Shown in pieces: positions 38,781 to 47,484 of a stretch of 64,000 nucleotides of DNA. Positions within the stretch are counted from its first letter, which is position 1; each line of letters starts with the position of its first letter. A program made the translations under genes and the position numbers. Below the pieces are notes generated by a model. The model was not told the origin of the DNA. It did not search any database and saw only the letters and a list, made by a program, of their open reading frames with translations. Source of the stretch: Candidatus Aenigmatarchaeota archaeon (GTDB lineage: Archaea; Aenigmatarchaeota; Aenigmatarchaeia; QMZP01; JAFGSV01); contig JAFGSV010000028.1 of NCBI GenBank assembly GCA_016934325.1, forward strand, positions 556 through 64,555. The letters run 5' to 3'.

Positions 38781-39371
38781 GTGATGCCCATGGAAGATAA
38801 GAGGCTGCCAGATGTGCTGAAGAAGCTGGCCAGGGGCCCCCAGATAATCACGCTGAAGGACGCCGCGATCATTTCCGCATTCACCGGCATGTCGCCGGGC
38901 GACATCGTCGTGGACGCGGGGTCGGGGTCGGGCTTCCTCGCCATATACATGGGAAACCTGGTGAGGCCTTCGGGAAAGGTGATATCCTATGAAAGGCGCC
39001 CGGACTTCGCGAAGCTCGCGCAAGGGAACGTGAATAAGGCCGGCCTTGAAGGCTACGTGACCATCAAGGAGAAGGACATCTACGAGGGGATTGATGAACA
39101 CGACGTGGATGTCATAACCCTGGACCTGCCGGAGCCTTGGAACGCGGTCGAGCATTCCGTGCGGGCCCTGAAAGACAGGGGCTTCCTGGTGTCTTACGTC
39201 CCGACCGTGGAGCAGGTGAGGCGATTCGCCTCGCAATGCGAAAAATCCGGGCTGAAACACGTGAAGACGGTCGAATGCTGCGTGAGGGAGATGGTCCTGC
39301 ACGAAAGGGGCACCAGGCCCCAGATAAAGGGCATCATGCACACCGGTTACATTACATTCGTCAGGAAGTGA
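38781..39371 (+). CDS. trmI: tRNA (adenine-N1)-methyltransferase TrmI/Trm61
   Basis: RGPQIITLKD, DAGSGSG, LDLPEPW, YVPTVEQV, HTGYI. Confidence 0.92.
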   Translation: MMPMEDKRLPDVLKKLARGPQIITLKDAAIISAFTGMSPGDIVVDAGSGSGFLAIYMGNLVRPSGKVISYERRPDFAKLAQGNVNKAGLEGYVTIKEKDIYEGIDEHDVDVITLDLPEPWNAVEHSVRALKDRGFLVSYVPTVEQVRRFASQCEKSGLKHVKTVECCVREMVLHERGTRPQIKGIMHTGYITFVRK

Positions 39372-40689
39372 TGCCTGTTTCATCCTTCAATTTCTTAACA
39401 AGATTTTCCAGGCCCGCTTTCTTTTCCCTGCCGGTCTTCATCTCTTTCATCGTGAATCTGCCGGTCTTCATCTCATCAGGCCCGACGATCAAAACGAAGG
39501 GTATCTGCCGCCTGTTTGCATAGTCCAGCTGCTTCCTCAGGTCCCTGCCCATCAGGTCCGTTTCCGCGTCCACGCCGCTTGACCTCAGCTTCTGCGCTAT
39601 GACGATCGATTCCCCCCTGACCGCCGCATCATCGTTCACCGAAACCACGAACACGCTGGTCTTCGGCTTGACCTCTGCGAACATGTTCTCCGCGCACATG
39701 ACCTCGAATATCCTCTCTATGCCGAAGGAAATGCCGGTTGCTGGCGTGGGCTTCCCGCCATACATCTCTATGAGGTTGTCGTATCTGCCGCCGCCCGCCA
39801 CCGATCCGACTTGCCGCTTCGCCTTCGCCGAAACCTCGAAGATCGGCCCGGTGTAGTATTCCAGTCCCCTCACGAGGCTCAGGTCTATCTTTATGCATTT
39901 GTCGATCCCGTAGGATTTTGCGATCGTAACTATCTGTTCCAGCCCCCTCGTCCCGTCTTCGGCCGTCCCGATGCCTGCAAGCATCCTCCCTATCCTCGGC
40001 AGGGTCTTCTCGGGAGCCCCGCTGACATCGATGAGCTTCATCAGCTTCGTGACCCTGCCTGCATCGATCCCGCTCCTTTTCAATTCGCCTATTATCTCGC
40101 TCCTGGGCGCCTTGCCCGTCTTGTCCAGGATCCTGAAGACTTCGGGAGCCTTCTTCCCGGGTATGTTGACGGATTCCACCAGGGCGTTAAGTATCTTCCT
40201 GTTGTTGAGCCTGACCTCGAGCTTCCTGAATCCGAGGGCCCTCAAGGCCTCTACTGCGACCGCGATGCATTCCGCATCGGCTTCCATCCCAGCGGTTCCT
40301 ACGATATCCGAGTCTGCCTGGACGAACTCCCTCATGCGTCCGGCCTGCGGCCTGTCGTACCTCCAGACCTTCGATATCTGGTACCTCTTGAATGGGAGCT
40401 GCAGCTGAGGATTGCCGGCTGCGACCCTCGCCAGCGGGACGGTCAGGTCGAACCTGAGCCCGAGCTCCCTGTCCGACTTGTCCTTGAAATAGTAGATCTC
40501 GTCCTTGATCCCCTCCCCGCCGCCTCCCTTCTTCGATAAAAGCTCCCAGGACTCGAATGCGGGCGTGTCCATGGGCCGGAATCCGAACGACTCGAAGACC
40601 CGCCTGAATGTATCCAGTACATACTGGCGCCTGGACATGTCCTCGGGCATGAAGTCCCTCGTCCCCCTCGGCGGCTGGAATTTCGGCAT
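39361..40689 (-). CDS. hisS: Histidyl-tRNA synthetase
   Basis: PRGTRDF, LRFDLTVP, WRYDRPQAGRMREFVQ, LVRGLEYYTG, GGGRYDNL, GISFGIER. Confidence 0.97.
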   Translation of the reverse strand: MPKFQPPRGTRDFMPEDMSRRQYVLDTFRRVFESFGFRPMDTPAFESWELLSKKGGGGEGIKDEIYYFKDKSDRELGLRFDLTVPLARVAAGNPQLQLPFKRYQISKVWRYDRPQAGRMREFVQADSDIVGTAGMEADAECIAVAVEALRALGFRKLEVRLNNRKILNALVESVNIPGKKAPEVFRILDKTGKAPRSEIIGELKRSGIDAGRVTKLMKLIDVSGAPEKTLPRIGRMLAGIGTAEDGTRGLEQIVTIAKSYGIDKCIKIDLSLVRGLEYYTGPIFEVSAKAKRQVGSVAGGGRYDNLIEMYGGKPTPATGISFGIERIFEVMCAENMFAEVKPKTSVFVVSVNDDAAVRGESIVIAQKLRSSGVDAETDLMGRDLRKQLDYANRRQIPFVLIVGPDEMKTGRFTMKEMKTGREKKAGLENLVKKLKDETGITS

Positions 40690-40744
40690 ACCGATCACCT
40701 TTATATTTGTTTTTCGGTGTTTAAGTTCTTACGGACATGCTAGC

Positions 40745-40966
40745 TCAAAGGCAGTCGCGCAATCCGACCACCCTATACACATCTCCGGATTTTATAGGGG
40801 TTCCGTCAACCCTATCAAAACCGACCGTAACATCTGGGTATTCCGGCATGGCGCCGGCAATCCCAAAACACTCTGACATGGTTATGTATCTTCTTTCAAT
40901 CCTGTCGTATCCGACGATTGGGTCATCGGGAGATGCTTCGCGCCTGAAAAGGATATCCTTCCTCAT
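40745..40966 (-). CDS. Hypothetical 73-aa protein
   Basis: Strong GGAGGTGA SD; start overlaps the AbrB stop (ATGA). Confidence 0.6.
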   Translation of the reverse strand: MRKDILFRREASPDDPIVGYDRIERRYITMSECFGIAGAMPEYPDVTVGFDRVDGTPIKSGDVYRVVGLRDCL

Positions 40967-41286
40967 AGTTCACCTCCCTCATCGTTGACAGATGCATCAG
41001 GGTCAGGACCGGGGCTCGAACCCGGCTCAGGAACTCCACGGGCCCCTATGCTAGCCGCTGCACCATCCTGACCACTTTCATCGATAACAAGGATAACAAG
41101 GTTCTTGTCTAGGCTGAATACCATGTCCACTTCAGAGCCGCTGCCAAGGCCGAAGCTCCTTCGGATATCAATGGGGATCAAAAGCCTTCCCTTGGAATCG
41201 AGCTTCGCTTTCCGGGTGAAAATCTCCGCTCTAGAAGCAGGGCTGGGCAAGTCTCCAACACTTCCCCTGCGCGTGAACCGATTCAC
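40963..41286 (-). CDS. AbrB/MazE/SpoVT-family DNA-binding protein whose 3' part reads through a tRNA-like element
   Basis: KLDSKGRLLIPIDIRRSFGLGSGSEV AbrB motif; start codon uncertain. Confidence 0.8.
   Translation of the reverse strand: MNRFTRRGSVGDLPSPASRAEIFTRKAKLDSKGRLLIPIDIRRSFGLGSGSEVDMVFSLDKNLVILVIDESGQDGAAASIGARGVPEPGSSPGPDPDASVNDEGGEL
41001..41073 (-). tRNA. tRNA-His(GTG)-like cloverleaf, degenerate (pseudo-tRNA, mimic or atypical tRNA)
   Basis: G-1 GTCAGGA TG GTGC AGCGGCTA GCAT A GGGGC CCGTGGA GTTCC TGAG CCGGG TTCGAGC CCCGG TCCTGAC C73; G-1:C73 His identity; C at conserved U33. Confidence 0.8.
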
Positions 41287-41485
41287 CCATATTGTTCACC
41301 GATTTGTTATATGATTGGTAATATTTTTAAAAGTTCCGTGGGAAATGGGTTCATCGGCCACATTAGGTCTTTTATCTCTATTGAAAGACAAATTGTGATT
41401 CCTTCATGATTCCTTTATAAGAGTTTTGAACCACTAAAAAGTAGGGAATATTTAAATAACTTTGCTTTCTTATATTATTTTATTA

Positions 41486-41550
41486 TGTGTGAGCCGTTCC
41501 CCAAGGCGGAGGCATTGGCGGATAATGCGTCCTGAACGGTGATGAAAACA
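41486..41550 (+). ncRNA. Candidate small structured RNA with kink-turn
   Basis: GC-rich islet in an AT-rich spacer, between two TATA-like boxes (41451 and 41551); stems GCCGTTC/GAACGGT and GCATT/AATGC; GAT bulge + tandem GA. Confidence 0.45.
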
Positions 41551-41604
41551 TTTAAAAATAACTAATATATAATAATCAGTAATCAGTAGCAAATAGAGGT
41601 CAAT

Positions 41605-42399
41605 ATGATAGGTTCGCAGGAAGTACTGGATGCGTTGAAGAACATAGGCCTTAATCTATATGAAAGGAAGATATACGTTGCGCTTCTGGCAAAGGGGGTC
41701 GCGACAGCCGGAGAGGTTTCCGAGATAGCCAAGGTCCCGAGGTCGAGGTCCTATGACGTGCTCGAATCGCTGGCGGACAAGGGCTTCGTGGTTTCGCAGT
41801 CATCCAAGCCCATCAAATACGTCGCCCTTTCTCCGAAGGACGCTCTCTCAAGGGCCAAGGACAACCTCAAGATGAAGCACAACGAGACCGTCGAGAGGAT
41901 GGACAGGCTCATGAAATCGCCGATCGTCAAGGAGCTCGAGTCGATCTACAAGGAAGGCTTCACCATGATCCAGCCCTTCGACATCGCCGGGACGCTCAAG
42001 GGCAGGTACTCCATAAACCAGCAGATAAAGATGCTTCTCAAGAAGGCGAACAATTACATCAATGTCATAACCACCGGCGACGGGCTGAGCGAGCTCTATT
42101 CCAAGCACTTCAACGTCCTCAAGAAGGCCACGAAGTCGGGCGTCCAGCTGAGGATACTGTCCCCGGTCACTGACTCCAAGCCGGCGGGGGCCTTCGCGGA
42201 AATCGGAGAAGTCAGGGGGATGGATAACGCCCTCGGCAGGATATTCACGATCGACGGGGAGCACTTCATGATGGCGCTCACGGACGACAGCAAGGTCCAT
42301 CACACCCAGGACGTGGCTTTCTGGGCCGGTTCCGGCCACGTCGCCAAGGACGTACTCGAGCCGCTGTTCGAGAACGTGTGGACCGCCAACAAGAAGTGA
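41605..42399 (+). CDS. TrmB-family transcription regulator
   Basis: GLNLYERKIYVALL...VPRSRSYDVLESLADKGFV; C-terminal PLD-like sensor domain. Confidence 0.92.
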   Translation: MIGSQEVLDALKNIGLNLYERKIYVALLAKGVATAGEVSEIAKVPRSRSYDVLESLADKGFVVSQSSKPIKYVALSPKDALSRAKDNLKMKHNETVERMDRLMKSPIVKELESIYKEGFTMIQPFDIAGTLKGRYSINQQIKMLLKKANNYINVITTGDGLSELYSKHFNVLKKATKSGVQLRILSPVTDSKPAGAFAEIGEVRGMDNALGRIFTIDGEHFMMALTDDSKVHHTQDVAFWAGSGHVAKDVLEPLFENVWTANKK

Positions 42400-42560
42400 C
42401 CTGTCCGAAAAGGCGGATTCATTCTGAAACGTGGTCTATCTTCAAAATATAGTGGCCATATGAATGGCTGATCCGCCTGCGGAACCCAGAACCTAACCGG
42501 ATGTGACTGAGAAAACGTAGCCCTATGCCGATATCGGCATCCAGCGGGTGACCGGTCCTG

Positions 42561-42632
42561 CTACCAGTCCTCTTCTTCCTCGCCGTCGATATCCTCTTCA
42601 TCAATCAAGTCTTCCTGCTCCCAGAATCGCAT
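42561..42632 (-). CDS. Acidic micropeptide MRFWEQEDLIDEEDIDGEEEEDW (23 aa; not in ORF track)
   Basis: GGAGGT SD just upstream of ATG, TTTAAA box upstream, TAG stop. Confidence 0.55.
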   Translation of the reverse strand: MRFWEQEDLIDEEDIDGEEEEDW

Positions 42633-42770
42633 AAAGACCTCCACGGGCAAAATAATAATTAGATAATGTAATAACATTTAAATGCTTTACTGGTATAACG
42701 CGGTCCCATGGCTCCGGGACTGCCGCGGAGCGGACATGCGGCTGCGCTGCCCCAATCCCATCAAAGGCGC

Positions 42771-43157
42771 TCAAGCCTCTTTCACCAGTATCCTGTTCCC
42801 GATCTTCCAGTAACCGACTTCCTGGCCGGACTGCAGCTTTCCCTTGAACTCGGCCGGGATGCTTGCGTCGAAGGTGCTGTAGTCCTCGAGGTTCATGAGC
42901 TGCACGAAGTCCCCGCTCACCGAAATTACCTGGGCCTTGTTCTTCTCTATTATGGGAACCGTGACGCCAGCGTCCGCCGGCTTGAGCAGGGACCTTTTCC
43001 TGCCGTCGAACAGGCCCAGGGCATCGACCCTCGCCTTTGTCGAGCCGTGCTTCCCGGGCTTGGAGAGCGTTATCTTCAGAACCTTGCACGGCTCGTCGTC
43101 TATCATCACGTAATGGCCTGGCCTGAGGCTCTTTATGCTGCTGTTTTTTGTGGCCAT
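42771..43157 (-). CDS. eif5a: Translation factor aIF5A (eIF5A)
   Basis: SKPGKHGSTK hypusine motif; VQLMNLEDY. Confidence 0.96.
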   Translation of the reverse strand: MATKNSSIKSLRPGHYVMIDDEPCKVLKITLSKPGKHGSTKARVDALGLFDGRKRSLLKPADAGVTVPIIEKNKAQVISVSGDFVQLMNLEDYSTFDASIPAEFKGKLQSGQEVGYWKIGNRILVKEA

Positions 43158-43283
43158 AACTCTTATTGTGGATGCCAGTTAATAAGATTTTTTCTTTTCC
43201 GGGTGGTTTCAGGTTTGTGCGCGGGAGCACATTGAAGCGCCCTGAGCCCGACTTCCTAATCACAAATATAAAACAACAAGTTA

Positions 43284-43880
43284 TTGATATCCTATGAAGG
43301 TGGCAAAATGATAGTTAAATCTATAAAGAAGGACGAATGGGCCGTGGTCCTTGACTTCCTGGCCAGGGGCCATTATGGCATGCAGAGGTCCGAGCCCATG
43401 GCGCAGGTGATAGGGGAGAGGTACTTCTCCCTGCTGGAGGTGATCACCAGGGAGGACCTCACGCTGAAGCCCGAGGACAGGGTCTACATAGGGGACGGCA
43501 AGAGGAAGGACGTTAAGTATATCAGGAAGAGGATCGAGTATGGGGAGCTCACCGTCGCGGCGAAGGAGGAGCTCACCGATATAATCGAGAAAGTCGTCAT
43601 GAAGAACCCCAAGATGTTCCTTGAATTCTTCAACAGGTCTGGGCCCGTCACCACCAGGCTGCACCAGCTCGAGCTGCTCCCGGGGATCGGGAAGAGGCAC
43701 CTTTGGGCCATCATAACCGAGCGCAAGAGGGAGCCTTTCGACTCGTTCCAGGACCTGAAGAAGAGGGTGGCCCTGCTTCCGGATCCCGAGAAGCTCATCG
43801 TCAGGAGGGTTCTGAGCGAGCTCGAGAACAAGGACAGGTACAGGATCTTCGTCCCGAGATGGGAGAAGAAGGAGAAGTGA
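43284..43880 (+). CDS. DUF655-family putative nucleic-acid-binding protein
   Basis: VLDFLARG, AQVIGERYFSLLE, TTRLHQLELLPGIGK (HhH). Confidence 0.88.
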   Translation: MISYEGGKMIVKSIKKDEWAVVLDFLARGHYGMQRSEPMAQVIGERYFSLLEVITREDLTLKPEDRVYIGDGKRKDVKYIRKRIEYGELTVAAKEELTDIIEKVVMKNPKMFLEFFNRSGPVTTRLHQLELLPGIGKRHLWAIITERKREPFDSFQDLKKRVALLPDPEKLIVRRVLSELENKDRYRIFVPRWEKKEK

Positions 43881-43884
43881 ACCT

Positions 43885-44316
43885 ATGATCGTGAAGGACA
43901 TCATGCAGACGGACATCGAGAAGGTGGACGCAAGCGTGAACGTGAAGGAAGCCGCCAGGAGAATGTCGGCGAAGAAGATAGGCTGCCTGCTGGTCGTCGA
44001 GGACCACAAGCTCCTGGGCATCGTCACCGAGGACGACATCATAAAGAAGGTGGTCGTCGAGGGGAAGACCCCGCACAGCATCACCGTGGCGGAAATCATG
44101 GAAAGGGAGGTCGTCCGCATCTCGCCAGATGAGACGATAGAGACGGCGGCGGAGATCATGACCCAGAAGAAGATAAAGAAGCTGCCTGTCGTCGGCGGCA
44201 AGAAGCTCCTCGGGATCATAACGGCAACCGACATGGTGGCTGCCGAGCCCAGGATGATGGAGCATCTCGGGGAGCTGCTGCTGTTCGCAAAGAAGCCCCA
44301 GAGGATAGCGGGTTAG
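43885..44316 (+). CDS. CBS-pair protein
   Basis: LGIVTEDDI and LGIITATDM. Confidence 0.92.
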   Translation: MIVKDIMQTDIEKVDASVNVKEAARRMSAKKIGCLLVVEDHKLLGIVTEDDIIKKVVVEGKTPHSITVAEIMEREVVRISPDETIETAAEIMTQKKIKKLPVVGGKKLLGIITATDMVAAEPRMMEHLGELLLFAKKPQRIAG

Positions 44317-44452
44317 CCCTGCCATCATTATATCATCGCTTGGTGTCGGTTATCGTTGTTATTTGATTTTAATTACTGACGAGTTGTTATCGATAGGTTT
44401 TTAAAGATTCGCGGGCTTAATTCAGAATGTAGTTAATGGGGGATTAGATATA

Positions 44453-45322
44453 ATGGTAATGCTGGCTGCTCCAATGGTTGGCAGGAACAGGGACCTGATA
44501 AGAACGATGGATACGCTTTTCCGGGACACTCCCGCAAGCGTTAGCGGGGATATAAGTGAGGAAAGGCGGGCTTCTCTTGAAAACCAGCTTAGGAGCGCTG
44601 CGGCATACGCCAAATATTCCATGGAGGAAAGAGGGCTCTATCCAGTAGGACCCCAAACCGAAAGCATGAGAGTCCTGCCGATTGAGCCTGATGAAAGAGG
44701 TCTAGAAGAAGGCCATACGAATGGCGGCAGGATAGTCATCAACTCTTACCGGATACCCGGCACGAGATATTATCGCCAGCTTCAGAAGTGGATTGGCAAG
44801 AGGGATGGAGCATTCGGTCGGTACCTGAAAGAAAAGTTAGGAACCCCTGAAAAGGCGGATGAGTCTTTGGGATATGCCGTCTACCACGAGGCAAACCACA
44901 ACGAGACACAGCTCAGGCCGATGAGAACGAAGGATGGCAGAGTGCTGAAGCCCTTCGTAGAGAGACTCTTCAATGGGCTGAAAAGATATTATGTGAAGCG
45001 GTTGAAGAAGAACGACAAATGGATTTCGGACTTCCTTGCATATCTGAGCTTCAGGCCTTTGGCAGAAGGGATGAACGAGGTATTCACCGAGAACGCATAC
45101 AATGGAAGGACGGCTGCAGAGATATCAAGGGTTAGGGGCAAAATGCCGGACACTTACAGCTGGTATGCAAAGGGCTCCGCGGATTTCTGCGCAAGACATA
45201 AACTTGATCCGGGGGAAGAGGGCGCTCACTTCTATGGAAGGGAAGACCTTTTACGAGACTATGTCGATGAGCATCCGGCCAGAATAAGAATTCCGAAATC
45301 TTACCTTAAAAAAGCTGCATGA
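44453..45322 (+). CDS. Hypothetical protein with zincin metallopeptidase motif
   Basis: VYHEANH (HExxH) plus downstream AEGMNE. Confidence 0.55.
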   Translation: MVMLAAPMVGRNRDLIRTMDTLFRDTPASVSGDISEERRASLENQLRSAAAYAKYSMEERGLYPVGPQTESMRVLPIEPDERGLEEGHTNGGRIVINSYRIPGTRYYRQLQKWIGKRDGAFGRYLKEKLGTPEKADESLGYAVYHEANHNETQLRPMRTKDGRVLKPFVERLFNGLKRYYVKRLKKNDKWISDFLAYLSFRPLAEGMNEVFTENAYNGRTAAEISRVRGKMPDTYSWYAKGSADFCARHKLDPGEEGAHFYGREDLLRDYVDEHPARIRIPKSYLKKAA

Positions 45323-45447
45323 ATGCCGCTTCTCGGTTCTAAAAACGGTAAATGCCTATTCGCTTTCATTCACGGGATCGATAAACAACAGCATTGACAG
45401 CATCGGGCTTCGAATATTTATAAGGAAGGCAGGGGCAATAATATAGT

Positions 45448-45879
45448 ATGCATAAACAAAAGGGTATAACTCCAATAATAGCCATACTAGTGATCCTGCT
45501 GATAACCATAGCGATAACGGGATCCGCCTGGATCTACATATCCACCTACTACAGCGGCATGACCAGCGAAGCGATAGAGATCACGAGCGTTGACTGCACA
45601 GGCAGCGGGGCAACCATATACATCCACAACATCGGGACAGACACGATATCGACCAACAACATCGCTATATCGCGGGAGGTCGTGACTGGCGATTGTGTGA
45701 ATTCCAGCGGTGGCGTAACGACCGCGTTGGCTGCGTCATGGGGGGGAGCCACTGAGGTCAGTCCCGGGGGGACTCTGATTTTCAAGGACACGAACTGCGT
45801 CAGGTCCGTCAATGCCAGCGTTGCCAGTTACACTGTCATCTCAGGCGGCAGGGTTCAGAAGTTGCAGATAAGCTGCTGA
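45448..45879 (+). CDS. Archaeal type IV pilin
   Basis: Class III signal KQKG/ITPIIAILVILLITIA; IHNIGT motif. Confidence 0.88.
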   Translation: MHKQKGITPIIAILVILLITIAITGSAWIYISTYYSGMTSEAIEITSVDCTGSGATIYIHNIGTDTISTNNIAISREVVTGDCVNSSGGVTTALAASWGGATEVSPGGTLIFKDTNCVRSVNASVASYTVISGGRVQKLQISC

Positions 45880-46020
45880 GCTAGTATTGACTTTACAATA
45901 TTTGTTATTGGACTTATATTTCAGTGATGGGGGAACTTGGTAGGCTATAGGCTTGTTGAGTTCCTTTCATCGGATTCTACTGGTCTCAAGCTAATATTTT
46001 TGTTACCCTAATATAATAAT

Positions 46021-46893
46021 ATGCTAATCAGAAAAAAATCGCTGAAGATCCAGGAAAGGCTCGGGATGAACATAGGGGTCGCATATGGCGTTTCCACCAT
46101 ACCGGTGGCCAAGACCATCGGCCAGACCCTGGATGTCCTGAGGGAGCTTTACAAGATAGGCTTCAAGGCTCTCGTGCTTCCCAGGGAGCTGTTCGCGGGC
46201 ATAAAGAACATGACGGAGCTCTACAAGGACTATTACGGCGACCTGCTCAGGCTTAAGAACATAGCAAAGAAGTTCAACATCGAGCTCTCGCTCCATCTCT
46301 CGAATCTGACTGACCTGCCCGACGAGAAGCTCAGGCTCTTCTCGACGATCGCCTCCGTCATGGACTGCAGGATACTGACGATCCACCCCACATTCTACCC
46401 GAGGATGCCCCAGGACCAGGCAAGCAGGCTCGTCGTATACAAGATCAACGAGATCGTGAACGAGCTGAGGGTCAAGGCGAACATAGGCATAGAGACCACG
46501 GGCAGGATCGGCGAGCTGGGATCGATCGAGGACGTCATAGACATATGCAAGAGGACCAAGAACACGGAGCCCGTGATAAACTGGGCGCACGTGCACGCCA
46601 GGGGAGCAGGCTGCCTGAACAGCCAGGAGGATTTCAAGAAGGTGATCGAGCAGGTCAAGTTTGGCGTCGGGCAGCAGTGGCTGAGGAGCGCTTTCTTCTT
46701 CTTCTCCGGCATAAAATACGGGCCATCCGGGGAGATAGGCCATACGTCGTTCCTGCAATCAGACCTGAAGCTCGATCATCTCATCAGGAGCGTGCTGGCC
46801 TTCGGCATGCGGGGGACCCTCATATTCGAGGAAGCGGCCAGGGAGAGGAACGTCGTCTCGATTCTAGACCAGCTGGGTGACATGGTCAGATGA
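46021..46893 (+). CDS. Endonuclease IV-like TIM-barrel protein (divergent)
   Basis: IGIETTGRIGELGSIEDV, NWAHVHAR, FSGIKYGPSGEIGH; start possibly 46066. Confidence 0.75.
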   Translation: MLIRKKSLKIQERLGMNIGVAYGVSTIPVAKTIGQTLDVLRELYKIGFKALVLPRELFAGIKNMTELYKDYYGDLLRLKNIAKKFNIELSLHLSNLTDLPDEKLRLFSTIASVMDCRILTIHPTFYPRMPQDQASRLVVYKINEIVNELRVKANIGIETTGRIGELGSIEDVIDICKRTKNTEPVINWAHVHARGAGCLNSQEDFKKVIEQVKFGVGQQWLRSAFFFFSGIKYGPSGEIGHTSFLQSDLKLDHLIRSVLAFGMRGTLIFEEAARERNVVSILDQLGDMVR

Positions 46894-47447
46894 TCGTCAC
46901 CATTTCCGGCTTGCCGGGCTCCGGGAAGAGCACAGTGGGGAAGCTGCTGGCGAAGAGGCTGGGCTACAGATTCCGCTCGGTGGGCGACCTGAGAGGGGAA
47001 TGGGCGGTCGGCATGGGCATCACCATCGACGAGCTCAACAAGCTTGGGGAGAGGGAGGATTGGACGGACAGGAAGGCGGACGAACACCAGAAGGGGCTAG
47101 GGGAGCGCGAGGATGACTTCGTCATTGACGGGCGCCTTTCGTTCCATTTCATACCCAGGTCTTTCAAGGTCTTCCTGGACGTGAAGACGCAAGAGGCGGC
47201 AAGGAGGATCCTGCAAGACGACAGGCCCGACGAGCCTGCAGGCACCGCTGAGGGCATTGGGAAGTCGCTTGAGCGAAGGGTGAGAAGCGATGACAAGAGG
47301 TACAGGAAGCTGTATGGCATCGATTTCAGGGACAGGCGCCATTTCGACCTGGTGATAGACACCACGGACCTGACGCCGCAGCAGGTCACGGATGAGATAC
47401 TGAAGGCCGTCAAGGGGAAGCAGCGGGAGAAGGCATCGAAACAATAA
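46890..47447 (+). CDS. cmk: Archaeal cytidylate kinase
   Basis: TISGLPGSGKST, IDGRLS, DDKRYRKLYGID, DLVIDTT. Confidence 0.92.
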   Translation: MIVTISGLPGSGKSTVGKLLAKRLGYRFRSVGDLRGEWAVGMGITIDELNKLGEREDWTDRKADEHQKGLGEREDDFVIDGRLSFHFIPRSFKVFLDVKTQEAARRILQDDRPDEPAGTAEGIGKSLERRVRSDDKRYRKLYGIDFRDRRHFDLVIDTTDLTPQQVTDEILKAVKGKQREKASKQ

Positions 47448-47484
47448 ATATCGACACGGGCAAATAATATTCAGGTGTTTTATT

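Noticed and set aside
42419-43263. 61-aa, 175-aa and 220-aa ORFs around aIF5A
   Set aside because: They overlap better-supported genes and have no motifs
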